A DNA stretch of 64,000 bases from Candidatus Parcubacteria bacterium (lineage in GTDB: Bacteria; Patescibacteriota; Minisyncoccia; UBA6257; 2-01-FULL-56-20), in contig DAIEHA010000005.1 in NCBI GenBank assembly GCA_027355945.1, positions 3,067-67,066 of the forward strand. Direction: 5' to 3'. Shown here in pieces: positions 1-9,539 of this stretch (position 1 is its first letter; the number at the start of each line of letters is the position of its first letter). Below the pieces are notes generated by a model. The model did no database searches, was not told the origin of the DNA, and saw only the letters and a list, made by a program, of their open reading frames with translations. Made by a program: the position numbers and the translations under genes.

Positions 1-1
1 G

Positions 2-304
2 GTCTCGCTCCTCTACGGTTCTTTCCCCCTCATTTCTTTCATTTCAAACATCTTCGCGGGTGTGCCGCTTGGTGCGATCCTGTGGCTCGGCATTGGTGCG
101 ACTGCGGCACACGCCTCGCTGCGCCCCGCAACCGCTCTATTTGCCGCGCCGCTTGCACCGCTTCTCGGCTATGAGACCGCCATATTCCATATGTTTGCGG
201 GCGTCCCTCTTTCCATTCCCTCCTCCGTATTCCCGACCGCTGCGCTCATCGCATACTATGCCGCTTTGCTTGCGGTCGTTCTCCGATCATCCCCGCATAA
301 CTGA
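2..304 (+). CDS. comEC: ComEC/Rec2 competence protein, C-terminal part of the membrane (competence) domain. 5'-partial; open from the window edge and ends at an in-frame TGA
   Basis: Frame 2 is open from nt 2. The translation ...SLLYGSFPLISFISNIFAGVPLGAILWLGIGATAAHASL...AALIAYYAALLAVVL is hydrophobic and ComEC-like. It lies in the same frame as the downstream MBL-domain ORF and is separated from it by a single TGA at 302-304. Confidence 0.45.
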   Translation, partial: VSLLYGSFPLISFISNIFAGVPLGAILWLGIGATAAHASLRPATALFAAPLAPLLGYETAIFHMFAGVPLSIPSSVFPTAALIAYYAALLAVVLRSSPHN

Positions 305-319
305 TATCCCACAAACGCC

Positions 320-1231
320 ATGCGGATGCGAAAACGGAGAAAGGATGTCTCGTGGTTCACGATCATGGCGATGCTCATCGTCGTTGCCGATGCGATCCTG
401 TGGTATCGCATCATCTTCGATGCAATCTTCACATCCGCGGCGCAACGTCCCGGTGTCTATTTTCTTGATGTGGGGAAGGGGGATGCGGCCCTTGTCGATC
501 TCGGTCAAGGTATGCGCGTGCTCATTGATGCCGGCCCCGGGGGTACGGCGACGCTTGAAGCGCTCGATTCGATACTCGCACCCGCCGATCGTTCGCTTGC
601 ACTCGCGATCATCTCTTATCCGGAGGACGGTCATTTCGGGGGTCTTGATGCCGTCTTGGACCGCTATCGCATCGGAGCGGTCGCCTATAATGGCCGCGAT
701 GCGTCTCCGGGCATCACGGCGTGGCCGCTGCTTCTCGAAAAGATACGGTCCGATGGGATCCCGCTCCTTGCCATCGGAACAGGGGATAGCATACGCCTCG
801 GCGATGCAGGTGCCATCGATGTTCTTTCCCCGGACTATGACCTTGTTCAAGGGGCATCCATCCTTGCGGATACCGGTATTGTCGCTCTTATACGCACGCC
901 CCGATTCAGGGCTCTTTTTGCGGCAGATATCAGCAGGGATAGCGAATATGAGCTCGTATATCGCTATCGCGCCTCGCTTGCGGCGGATATTTTGAAAGCG
1001 GCTCGGCACGGCGCGAAAGATTCCGTCACGACCCCATTTTTGAGAGCGGTGCGTCCGCGCGCGGTGATCATCGATGCGGGCCGGGGCGGACTTGCCGGTC
1101 AACCCGATGCAGGCGTCCTTGCGCGACTTACACGAGAGACGGACGCCGATATCTTCCGCATCGACCGTGAGGGAACGATCGCATTCCTTCCTGATCCCGC
1201 AAAAGGATTTGCCGCGTATTCGGTGCATTGA
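320..1231 (+). CDS. comEC: ComEC-type metallo-beta-lactamase-fold domain protein (ComEC C-terminal domain)
   Basis: An N-terminal TM helix is followed by VYFLDVGKGDAALVDLG...VLIDAGPGG and downstream His/Asp-rich MBL motifs. It is in frame with the upstream ComEC membrane fragment. Confidence 0.6.
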   Translation: MRMRKRRKDVSWFTIMAMLIVVADAILWYRIIFDAIFTSAAQRPGVYFLDVGKGDAALVDLGQGMRVLIDAGPGGTATLEALDSILAPADRSLALAIISYPEDGHFGGLDAVLDRYRIGAVAYNGRDASPGITAWPLLLEKIRSDGIPLLAIGTGDSIRLGDAGAIDVLSPDYDLVQGASILADTGIVALIRTPRFRALFAADISRDSEYELVYRYRASLAADILKAARHGAKDSVTTPFLRAVRPRAVIIDAGRGGLAGQPDAGVLARLTRETDADIFRIDREGTIAFLPDPAKGFAAYSVH

Positions 1232-1256
1232 TGTTCGTCAGTGGTATAATGGAATC

Positions 1257-2792
1257 ATGACATTGCTCATCCGCAACGTGCGGATACTTGGGGGTGAAAA
1301 GGAGTTTACCGGATTTTCCGACGTCTTCGTGAATGGGGACACGATTTCCGCGATCGGAAGCTTTCCGGGGAAAAAGGCTGACGTCGTCCTTGATGGGCAG
1401 GGTGCATATCTTACCCCCGGCTTCATCGATGCGGATTCCGCCTCGGATCACTATCTTACCCTTTTCGAGGGTAGGGAGCAGGAGGATTTCCTCCTTCAAG
1501 GGGTCACGACGATCATCGGAGGGATGTGCGGTGCATCACTTGCACCCCTTGCGTACGGCACACTCGAATCGGTCCAGAAATGGGGCGATAGCTCGCGCAT
1601 CAACGTGAACTGGCATACGGTGGGTGAGTTCCTTGCCTCGCTCGATGCGCATCCGCTTGCGGTGAACTTCGGCACGCTTGCGGGCCACGCAACCATCCGG
1701 AGGGCTCTCATCGGCGAGGATCTCCGCGATCTCACGAAGAACGAGATGAATGTTTTTGCGCGCATGGTCGAAGAATCCATGGTGCAGGGCGCGTTCGGTC
1801 TTTCGACGGGCCTTTCGTATGTCCATGCCCGCGAGACCCCTGCGCTCGAATTGAGCTTTCTCGCCGATGTGGTTGCGCGATTCCATGGTGTATACGCCAC
1901 GCATCTTCGCAACGAGGGCAAAGGCATCGCTGCGTCGGTGGATGAGACGATAAGGATCTCCGAGGAACGCCGTGTGAAGACGCTCATCAGCCACTTCATG
2001 CCTTTGCGCGGTGCCGAAGAGGAATATCAAGAAGCTCTTCGGAGGATCGAGTCGCTTCCCGACGGCGTTCCGCTCCGTTTCGATGCGCATCCATTCCCCG
2101 ACTCACTTCTTCCGATCTATACCTTCCTTCCCGAATGGGCCCGGAACGGTGGCGTGAAGGTCATGCGTGCGAACATAGAGGATGAATGGCTCGCGTCGAA
2201 AATCCGGAGGGATATGCCCATGCCGGATGCGGACCACTTCATCATCATCGATGCCCCGAAGAACGAGGTGTTCGCGGGCAAATCCCTCACTGAGATCGCC
2301 GCCATCTATGAACTTGGCGATCCGCGCGATGCGCTCATCAAACTCATGACCGCGACCAATCTCAAATGTTCCGTGCTCTATCGGAATATCGACGATACTC
2401 TTGTTTCGCGCGCCATCAAAAGCGAGAAGAGCATCATCGCATCGAATGCCCCGAGCTGGGGACGCCGCGGGGGCCGTGCGGCATCGCAGCGGTTCCGGCC
2501 GCAGAGGATCACCTCCACCTTCACGACCTTCCTCGGCCGTGCGGCATCCGGCCTCATGCCCCTCGACGCTGCGGTCAGGAAGATAACATCGGAACCTGCG
2601 GCGCTGTTCGGATTGAAGGGGAGGGGGACGATACGGGAGGGCGCCATCGCGGACCTCGCATGCTTCAGGGTTGATGGTACGAGCAATGAGCCCGCGGAGG
2701 TGCTGTTCACGGTGGTGAACGGCGTCGTCGCGGAATCCGGAGGCGCGTTCGGGGGATCGTTCCCGGGGAAAATCTTACGTCACACCGTCTGA
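1257..2792 (+). CDS. Amidohydrolase-family protein (D-aminoacylase / N-acyl-D-amino-acid deacylase-like)
   Basis: LLIRNVRILGG...VFVNGDTISAIG...GFIDADSASDHYL...GVTTIIGG matches the amidohydrolase_3 architecture. The start was chosen at the ATG at 1257, just after the comEC stop. Confidence 0.55.
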   Translation: MTLLIRNVRILGGEKEFTGFSDVFVNGDTISAIGSFPGKKADVVLDGQGAYLTPGFIDADSASDHYLTLFEGREQEDFLLQGVTTIIGGMCGASLAPLAYGTLESVQKWGDSSRINVNWHTVGEFLASLDAHPLAVNFGTLAGHATIRRALIGEDLRDLTKNEMNVFARMVEESMVQGAFGLSTGLSYVHARETPALELSFLADVVARFHGVYATHLRNEGKGIAASVDETIRISEERRVKTLISHFMPLRGAEEEYQEALRRIESLPDGVPLRFDAHPFPDSLLPIYTFLPEWARNGGVKVMRANIEDEWLASKIRRDMPMPDADHFIIIDAPKNEVFAGKSLTEIAAIYELGDPRDALIKLMTATNLKCSVLYRNIDDTLVSRAIKSEKSIIASNAPSWGRRGGRAASQRFRPQRITSTFTTFLGRAASGLMPLDAAVRKITSEPAALFGLKGRGTIREGAIADLACFRVDGTSNEPAEVLFTVVNGVVAESGGAFGGSFPGKILRHTV

Positions 2793-2794
2793 GC

Positions 2795-3943
2795 ATGCCT
2801 TCCCGATCCCGCGCTGCCTCGCCCAACAAACCCCAATCATCAGGCCGCCGCCTTCGCGCGGGGTCTCCCGACAGCTTCCTCCTTGCGGTCTTCTCGATCC
2901 TCATCGTCTTCGGCCTCGCCATGCTCGCCTCGGCGTCATCAGACCTCGGGAAGATCCAGTTCAACAACAGCTATTACTATATCGAACATCAGCTTCTCTA
3001 CGGTCTTACGATCGGCGCCATAGGATTCTTCACCGCGTATCGCCTGAACTATCAGAATTTCAAGAAGGCCGCGTTCGTGCTTCTCCTTATCAGCGTCTTT
3101 TTCCTCGTCCTCGTGTTCACGCCCCTCGGTTCCGTCGTGAACAATACGAATCGCTGGCTTCGCTTCGGTCCGCTGAGCTTCCAGCCCGCCGAACTCATGA
3201 AGCTCACGTATCTCGTCTATCTCGCCGCCTGGCTTTCGAACACGAAATTCAAGCGAGCCACCGATTTCCGGTCGGGCTTCCTTCCTTTTGCGGTGGTTTC
3301 AGGCGTCATTGGAGCCCTCCTCCTCCTCCAGCCTGCCACAAGCACCGTCATGATCCTCATCGCCTCGGGCCTTGCCGTCTATTTCGTGAGCGGCGCGCCG
3401 ATCCGCTATATCGCCGTATTCATCGGTGGCGGCCTTTTGATCGTTGCCGCCGTCATCTATGTGACGCCTTATCGCCTGGCGCGCATCGAGGGGTTCCTCA
3501 ATAAAGGATCGAAGACCCAGGGCCAGAATTACCAGGTGGATCAGGCACTCATCGCCATCGGGTCCGGCGGGGCAACGGGCGTGGGATACGGACAGTCGGC
3601 GGTCAAAGCAACCTATCTTCCCGATCCCATCGATGATTCCATCTTTGCGGTGATCGCGGAGGAGCTCGGCTTCATCGGCGCAGCGTCCCTCGTCATCCTT
3701 TTCGGCCTGCTCACGTTCCGTATGTTCTGGCTTGCCCGGAAGGTCGGCGATCAATTCGGCAAACTTCTCCTCTTCGGGTTCGGGATCATCATTGCGCTCC
3801 AGGCATTCGTGAACATGGCCTCCATCTCCGGGATCATCCCGCTCACCGGGGTCCCGCTGCCGTTTGTGAGTTATGGAGGGACGGCCCTTGCGGTTTTCAT
3901 CACGATGATGGGATTGTCCCTTAATATCTCCCGTTACGCATAA
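2795..3943 (+). CDS. ftsW: SEDS-family peptidoglycan glycosyltransferase FtsW/RodA
   Basis: Polytopic membrane protein with ...RWLRFGPLSFQPAELMKLTYLVYLAAWL... and a C-terminal ...PLPFVSYGGTA motif. It sits immediately upstream of murG. Confidence 0.8.
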   Translation: MPSRSRAASPNKPQSSGRRLRAGSPDSFLLAVFSILIVFGLAMLASASSDLGKIQFNNSYYYIEHQLLYGLTIGAIGFFTAYRLNYQNFKKAAFVLLLISVFFLVLVFTPLGSVVNNTNRWLRFGPLSFQPAELMKLTYLVYLAAWLSNTKFKRATDFRSGFLPFAVVSGVIGALLLLQPATSTVMILIASGLAVYFVSGAPIRYIAVFIGGGLLIVAAVIYVTPYRLARIEGFLNKGSKTQGQNYQVDQALIAIGSGGATGVGYGQSAVKATYLPDPIDDSIFAVIAEELGFIGAASLVILFGLLTFRMFWLARKVGDQFGKLLLFGFGIIIALQAFVNMASISGIIPLTGVPLPFVSYGGTALAVFITMMGLSLNISRYA

Positions 3944-4018
3944 GATGTGCCCCGGGAGCGGCATCCGCGACGCATCCCAATTTGGAGCTTCTTATTTTGA
4001 CTGATATCATATAGGGAT

Positions 4019-5161
4019 ATGGCAGATGCGGAGAAATTCCTCATGGTATTCACCGGCGGCGGGAGCGGGGGCCACGTATATCCGCTCATTGCGGTCGCGG
4101 AGGCGCTCGAAGGCCGTCTTAAAGCCATGCAGGCGCCGTATGAGTTCTTCTATATGGGACCCCAGGACCGCTACGCGAGACTTCTTGCCGAGAAGGGGAT
4201 CGCGGTGCACCCCATGATGACGGGAAAGCTCCGCCGCTATCTTTCGTTCCAGAACATCCTTGATATTCCGAAGTTCGCGATAGGATTCGTGCAGGCGTTT
4301 TGGAAACTCTATATCCTCATGCCCGATGCGGTGTTCTCAAAAGGAGGCGCGGGTGCCTTTGGCGTCGTCGTTGCCGCGTGGTTCTATCGCATCCCGGTGT
4401 TCATCCATGAATCCGATGCGGAACCGGGACTCAACAACCTCCTCTCATCAAGATTCTCGACCGGGATATTCGTGAGCTTCGCGCGCGCGGCACGATATTT
4501 CAACCCCGCCATCACGAAAGTCATCGGTTCGCCGCTCCGCACGGAGCTCACCGGACCACGTACCACGAAGGAGCTCGCAAAGGAGAATCTCGGGTTCGAT
4601 CCCGTAAAGCCGCTTGCCCTCATCATGGGCGGGTCCCAAGGTTCCACGCGGATCAACGAGTTCATCCTTTCAAACCTTCCCACGCTCATATCCCGTACCC
4701 AGGTGCTCCATCAGACGGGCCAAGAGAACTTCGCCGACGTCGAAAAACTTTCGCGCGCCGCCCTTCTCGACGCCGGCACGGGGAACCGCTATGAAGCAGT
4801 GCCGTACCTTACCGATGGGATGGCAATGGCCATGACCGCGGCCGATTTTGTGATATCGCGATCGGGAAGCTCGGTCTTCGAACTCGCCGCATTCGGCCTT
4901 CCCGCCATCCTCATCCCGCTCGCGGAATCCGCGAACGGACACCAGCTCATCGACGCGGAGGAGTTCGCGAAGACGGGTGCGGCGATCGTCATCGAGGAGG
5001 ACAACCTTCTGCCGGGAATATTCTTCGGCCAGCTTGATAGGATCCTCTCCGAAGGCGGCCTCCGGGAACGGATGAGCGCCGCATCCTCGAGATTCTTCAT
5101 TCCCGGCGCAGCGGATGCGATTGCGGGGGACGTGATCGCCGTTGTCGCCGCCAGGGAATGA
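4019..5161 (+). CDS. murG: UDP-GlcNAc:undecaprenyl-PP-MurNAc-pentapeptide GlcNAc transferase (lipid II synthase)
   Basis: FTGGGSGGHVYPLIAVAEAL glycine-rich N-terminal motif and a GT-B fold layout. Classic ftsW-murG adjacency. Confidence 0.85.
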   Translation: MADAEKFLMVFTGGGSGGHVYPLIAVAEALEGRLKAMQAPYEFFYMGPQDRYARLLAEKGIAVHPMMTGKLRRYLSFQNILDIPKFAIGFVQAFWKLYILMPDAVFSKGGAGAFGVVVAAWFYRIPVFIHESDAEPGLNNLLSSRFSTGIFVSFARAARYFNPAITKVIGSPLRTELTGPRTTKELAKENLGFDPVKPLALIMGGSQGSTRINEFILSNLPTLISRTQVLHQTGQENFADVEKLSRAALLDAGTGNRYEAVPYLTDGMAMAMTAADFVISRSGSSVFELAAFGLPAILIPLAESANGHQLIDAEEFAKTGAAIVIEEDNLLPGIFFGQLDRILSEGGLRERMSAASSRFFIPGAADAIAGDVIAVVAARE

Positions 5162-5180
5162 ACCCCATCGACCGTGGCAT

Positions 5181-5705
5181 ATGAAAACCCTCCGCACCCC
5201 GTCCCTCATAATCATCGATGGTCCGATGGGCTCGGGAAAGACGACCGTCGCCAAGCTTCTCCATCAAAAACTGAAGCGGACCGCGCACCTCGGCCTCGAT
5301 CGCGTCAAATGGTTCATCTCCGATTTCAAAAGGATCCCCGAAGACAATGAGATAGTCCGGAATGTGATCATGCAGATGGCGAAGGAATATCTGCGCCAGG
5401 GGATCAGCGTTATCATCGAGCAGGGGATGAGGAAGGATGCGATAGTACGCATGACGCGGATGGCGAAGCGGTACGATGCCCGTTGTTTCGTATATCAACT
5501 CGAAGCCCCGAAGCCGCTTCTTCTCGCGCGCATCCATGGAAGGCCGCGATTGCCCGGCAAGCCGCGGATCTCCAATGCGCGGATCGAACGGAACTACAGA
5601 TCCCACGCCGAGCACAAATATATGGACGCCATCGTGCTTGATGCCGAAAAATTCACCGCGCAAAGGATCGCGAACCGGATAGTGAAAGACGTCGCGCGCC
5701 CCTGA
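5181..5705 (+). CDS. Small P-loop NTPase/kinase (AAA_33/nucleoside-kinase-like fold), function unknown
   Basis: Walker A motif IIIDGPMGSGKTTVAKLL, length ~175 aa. The start was taken at the ATG at 5181 after the murG stop. Confidence 0.45.
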   Translation: MKTLRTPSLIIIDGPMGSGKTTVAKLLHQKLKRTAHLGLDRVKWFISDFKRIPEDNEIVRNVIMQMAKEYLRQGISVIIEQGMRKDAIVRMTRMAKRYDARCFVYQLEAPKPLLLARIHGRPRLPGKPRISNARIERNYRSHAEHKYMDAIVLDAEKFTAQRIANRIVKDVARP

Positions 5706-5807
5706 TCCCCATTTTGGGTTCGAGGGGAGCATTCCGTGAAGGGTCGGAGCCCGCAAGACCGGCGCATACGCTGGCTATTCCGCCTATTTTGTGGCAAAAT
5801 AGCATCC

Positions 5808-7376
5808 ATGGAACCAACCGCGGTAAAAGCCGTCGCACCGCCATCCACCGTTCTTGAACCGGCGTTTGCCGTTGCAGGGGAAGGGAAGAAGATCCGTGTC
5901 CGCATCGCCCCGAGTCCCACGGGACCCCTCCACGTAGGTACCGCGCGGACGGCGCTTTTCAATTGGCTTTTCGCCCGGCAGCACGGTGGTATGTTCGTGC
6001 TCCGCATCGAGGATACGGACAAGGAACGCTCGGAACAGCAATATGAGCGGATGATCTTCGATGGACTCTCGTGGCTCGGCTTCGACTGGGACGAAGGGCC
6101 GACTTTGAATGATGATGGTACTCGCGGTCCCGACAAAGGCTCATTCGGCCCGTATCGCCAAAGCGAACGTACCGCGATCTATCGAAGATATCTCCAGGAC
6201 CTTCTCGAGAAAGGCGAGGCGTATTATTGCTACTGCACGAAAGAGGACCTCGAGGCTCAGCGCCAGGCCATGCTCGATGCCGGCCTTCCGCCGCGCTATA
6301 GCGGTCATTGCCGGAACCTCACCGCACCGCCCGAGGGACGCACGCCGGAGGTGATCCGTTTCAAGGTTCCCGAGATCAAAGTCGAATTCATCGATATGGT
6401 CCACGGCAAAGCATCGTTCGATGCGGCGCTCCTTGGAGATCAGGTGATCGCAAAGGACCTCGATACGCCGCTCTACAACTTTGCTGTCGTCGTGGATGAT
6501 GCGCTCATGGAGATCACGCACGTGATCCGCGGCGACGATCATTTCTCGAATACGCCGAAGCAGATCCTCGTGCAGCGCGCCCTCGGATTTCCTACCCCTC
6601 ATTATGCGCATTTGCCGCTCATCTTGAACCCCGATCGCAGCAAGATGTCCAAACGCTTTTCCGATGTCGCGCTCGCGAACTATCGCGAACGGGGCTATCT
6701 TCCCGATGCCATCGTGAACTTCATCGGCCTCCTCGGCTGGCATCCCAAAGAGGACCACGAGGTCTTCGATCGCGATTTTGCCGTGGAGCATTTCGATATC
6801 GCGCGCGTACAGAAAACGGGTGCGATATTCAATGAGGAGAAACTTGATTGGTTGAACCGCGAGCATATGAAGAAGATGCCGATCGCCGAGCTTGCGGCCA
6901 TCGCGGAACCTTTTTTTGCGAACGCGGGCATCATCGATCCTCGCGACGGTGCCTCCCATGGCGTCGGATCCCGCACGCTCCTCATGCGTGCCGTGGCGCT
7001 CCAGCTTTCACGCGCAAAGACCCTTGTGGAAATCGCGGAATCGTCCCGATTCCTCTTCACCCTTCCTTCTTATGAACCGACGCTCCTCGTCTGGAAAGGC
7101 GCATCGGCGTCCGATGCCACCGCTGCGCTTACTGACGCCGCAGCCGCGCTCGCTGCACTCGACGATGATGGATTCACATCACGGGACGCCCTTATGCGCG
7201 CACTCACCCCCCTTATCGATGCGCGAGGAAGGGGAGCGGTCCTTTGGCCGCTTCGCGTGGCCCTTTCCGGACAGGCCGTATCCCCGGACCCCATGGAGAT
7301 CATGGAGGTCATCGGGAAGGAAGAGACGCATGCGCGCATTGAAAAAGCCCTTCAAGGACTTGCGATGCGGCCCTGA
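5808..7376 (+). CDS. gltX: Glutamyl-tRNA synthetase
   Basis: Class I HIGH motif RIAPSPTGPLHVGTARTALFNW and KMSKS-like SKMSKR. The start was taken at MEPTAV. Confidence 0.85.
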   Translation: MEPTAVKAVAPPSTVLEPAFAVAGEGKKIRVRIAPSPTGPLHVGTARTALFNWLFARQHGGMFVLRIEDTDKERSEQQYERMIFDGLSWLGFDWDEGPTLNDDGTRGPDKGSFGPYRQSERTAIYRRYLQDLLEKGEAYYCYCTKEDLEAQRQAMLDAGLPPRYSGHCRNLTAPPEGRTPEVIRFKVPEIKVEFIDMVHGKASFDAALLGDQVIAKDLDTPLYNFAVVVDDALMEITHVIRGDDHFSNTPKQILVQRALGFPTPHYAHLPLILNPDRSKMSKRFSDVALANYRERGYLPDAIVNFIGLLGWHPKEDHEVFDRDFAVEHFDIARVQKTGAIFNEEKLDWLNREHMKKMPIAELAAIAEPFFANAGIIDPRDGASHGVGSRTLLMRAVALQLSRAKTLVEIAESSRFLFTLPSYEPTLLVWKGASASDATAALTDAAAALAALDDDGFTSRDALMRALTPLIDARGRGAVLWPLRVALSGQAVSPDPMEIMEVIGKEETHARIEKALQGLAMRP

Positions 7377-7436
7377 TCATCCGCGACCTCTTTCGCACAT
7401 ATTGCCGTTCGCGTTAAAAGTTTATACAATAATTTC

Positions 7437-7922
7437 ATGGCCCTGCGAAAGAACATCCCTGCGTTCTTTGTACAGCACGCACACTATGCCACGGGCGCCT
7501 TATTGGGCGTTCTTCTTATTGCCATCGCCGGGTTCGCGGCGCCAAAGGCTCGTGCATACGCCCTCGAGCCGCTTCCGCCGGCAGCCAATCCCGGCGCAGC
7601 GATCGGCCAAGGGTATAATTTTTCAAACTCGTTCCAAAATCTCATATCATCATTTACGGCCTTCTTCGATAATATGAAGAATACCAATGGGACGGTTTCC
7701 ATAACCGGCGGATCGGCGGGAGGGTCGGGAATTCCGAACGGGGTCACCGTGACCGTGGATTGGAGGTCGTATGTGCAACGCTTCGATGTGTGGTTCTATA
7801 ATGCGACCGGCGTACAGATCCAGTGGCTCACCACCTTCATCGTGAACATTTTTGCGTGGATCGTAGGAACGCTGCAGGGAATTGCGACATGGGTTGCGGG
7901 GATAGTCACAAAGAGCCTCTAA
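7437..7922 (+). CDS. Hypothetical secreted/membrane-anchored protein
   Basis: N-terminal hydrophobic signal/anchor (LLGVLLIAIAGFAAP). No recognisable domain. Confidence 0.3.
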   Translation: MALRKNIPAFFVQHAHYATGALLGVLLIAIAGFAAPKARAYALEPLPPAANPGAAIGQGYNFSNSFQNLISSFTAFFDNMKNTNGTVSITGGSAGGSGIPNGVTVTVDWRSYVQRFDVWFYNATGVQIQWLTTFIVNIFAWIVGTLQGIATWVAGIVTKSL

Positions 7923-8054
7923 GGGATCCCAAATGGTAAAAAGGGCCGTATCCGCCTATCTTCTGTCGTAAAATATATCTTGTGCGACAGATGATATTGC
8001 AACGCCCCTCCTTTTCCCTTTTGGATTTATAGCGCTGGTAATATAATGTATCCT

Positions 8055-9539
8055 ATGTCCAACCCCCCTTCGGGACGTTCTCCTGTTTCAAAGAAGATCA
8101 AGAAGATCATTCATTTCATCGGGATCGGCGGGATCGGTATGAGCGCCCTCGCCCGTTATTTTTTATCCAAAAATTGGGCTATTTCAGGTTCTGACGCTTC
8201 AAAGCATCATATTACCGAAGGATTCAAAAAGACCTCTGTAAACGTAAAAATAGGCCATAAAAGGGCAAATGTACCCCCCAAGGCGCTTTTAGTGGTAAAA
8301 AGCCAGGCAATTCCTGCCGATAACCCGGAAATCGCCGAGGCTGCTCGTAGAGGCATGAGGATACTTACCTACCCCGAAGCGCTTGGCGAGCTTACCCGCA
8401 CCCACAATACTATCGCCATCGCAGGATCTCACGGGAAGAGCACCACGACGGCGCTTGTGGCGCTTGCTCTTATAGAGGGCGGTTTTGACCCGACGGTCAT
8501 CGTGGGCAACAACTTGCGGGAGTTTGGAGGGACGAACTTCCGCAATGGGAAGAGCAAATGGCTCGTCATCGAGGCCGATGAGTATGGTCGCGCATTCCTC
8601 CATTATTCCCCCTTCATCGCGATCGTGACGAACATCGACCGCGAGCACCTCGACATTTATAAAAACATCGTGGACGCAAAGAGGACGTTCATGCAATTCC
8701 TTGCAAATACCGCCGCGGGAGGCGCGCTCGTCCTCAATCGGGATGATGCGAACCTGCGTTCGCTTGCACCTCGCATCGCCGTCCTGGCGAAAAATAAAAA
8801 GCTCCGCGTGATCTGGTACTCGCTCCGCGGCAGCGCCTCTGTGGCATCCCTCAAAACGCGCATCAGGATATTCGGATCCCATAACCTTTCGAATGCCGAA
8901 GGGGCCTTCCGCGCCGCACGCTTCCTCGGTATTCCCGATGCGAAGATCCTTCGCGCCATCAGCAGGTACCGCGGTGCATGGCGACGCATGGAACTGCGCG
9001 GCATCGCAACGCTCCCCGCCAAGGAAGGAGACCGCACGGCGCTTGTATACGACGATTATGCCCATCACCCCACCGAGATCCGGGCGACGCTCACCGCCAT
9101 GAAGGAGCATTACCACGGCAGGCCTCTCGTGTGCGTATTCCAACCGCACCAAGGGAAGCGCCTCTCCCTTCTCTTCAAGGAGTTCACATCGGCATTCGAT
9201 GATGCGGATGCGACGATACTTCTCCCCCTTTACCGCGTCCGCGGGCGCGACGAAGATCCCGCACGCACATCGGAGGACCTTGTGCGTGCCATGCAGCGCA
9301 GGAATCCCCGGCAGGTCGTCCGCTTCCTCGAGGACCCGGAAGACCTCCCTGCGGCGCTCGGCGATGTGCTCGAGCCCTTTCCCCATACGGGCGGTTCCCG
9401 CTCCCCCATCGTCGTCATGATGGGCGCCGGAGATATCGTGAACCACACCTCCGCACTGCTTTCCGGTCGCGCAGGATCGGCGAAGGATGGTGCGGCGAAT
9501 AGCATAAAGAAACATACGCGCGCGCAAAGAAAAACATGA
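8055..9539 (+). CDS. murC: UDP-N-acetylmuramate--L-alanine ligase
   Basis: HFIGIGGIGMSALARYF plus Mur ligase middle and C-terminal domains. The ORF opens at 8046, but that ATG lies inside a TATAAT box, so the ATG at 8055 (7 nt after the -10) is preferred. Confidence 0.8.
   Translation: MSNPPSGRSPVSKKIKKIIHFIGIGGIGMSALARYFLSKNWAISGSDASKHHITEGFKKTSVNVKIGHKRANVPPKALLVVKSQAIPADNPEIAEAARRGMRILTYPEALGELTRTHNTIAIAGSHGKSTTTALVALALIEGGFDPTVIVGNNLREFGGTNFRNGKSKWLVIEADEYGRAFLHYSPFIAIVTNIDREHLDIYKNIVDAKRTFMQFLANTAAGGALVLNRDDANLRSLAPRIAVLAKNKKLRVIWYSLRGSASVASLKTRIRIFGSHNLSNAEGAFRAARFLGIPDAKILRAISRYRGAWRRMELRGIATLPAKEGDRTALVYDDYAHHPTEIRATLTAMKEHYHGRPLVCVFQPHQGKRLSLLFKEFTSAFDDADATILLPLYRVRGRDEDPARTSEDLVRAMQRRNPRQVVRFLEDPEDLPAALGDVLEPFPHTGGSRSPIVVMMGAGDIVNHTSALLSGRAGSAKDGAANSIKKHTRAQRKT

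Noticed and set aside
302-304. UGA recoded as a sense codon genome-wide (alternative genetic code) to explain the comEC in-frame TGA
   Set aside because: Many confidently identified genes terminate with TGA exactly at expected C-termini (for example 1229-1231, the ftsW and gltX ends). A global reassignment is therefore unlikely. Local readthrough or a pseudogene remain possible.
60-995. 311-aa ORF in an alternative frame overlapping the ComEC MBL-domain gene
   Set aside because: The translation is Arg/Ser/Pro-rich low-complexity nonsense with no motif. The co-located frame-2 ORF has clear ComEC/MBL signatures. Typical GC-rich shadow ORF.
5181-5705. Zeta/PezT-type UNAG kinase toxin next to cell-wall genes
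   Set aside because: No epsilon or PezA antitoxin gene upstream. The protein is shorter than zeta toxins and the Walker A context differs. More likely a housekeeping kinase.
8289-9527. 412-aa antisense ORF opposite murC
   Set aside because: Shadow ORF of GC-rich coding DNA with a Arg/His/Gly-rich translation and no motifs. The sense strand encodes an unmistakable MurC. The same applies to the similar long antisense ORFs 13368-14030, 24627-26414, 29472-30215, 39737-40645, 49643-50680 and 57705-58907.
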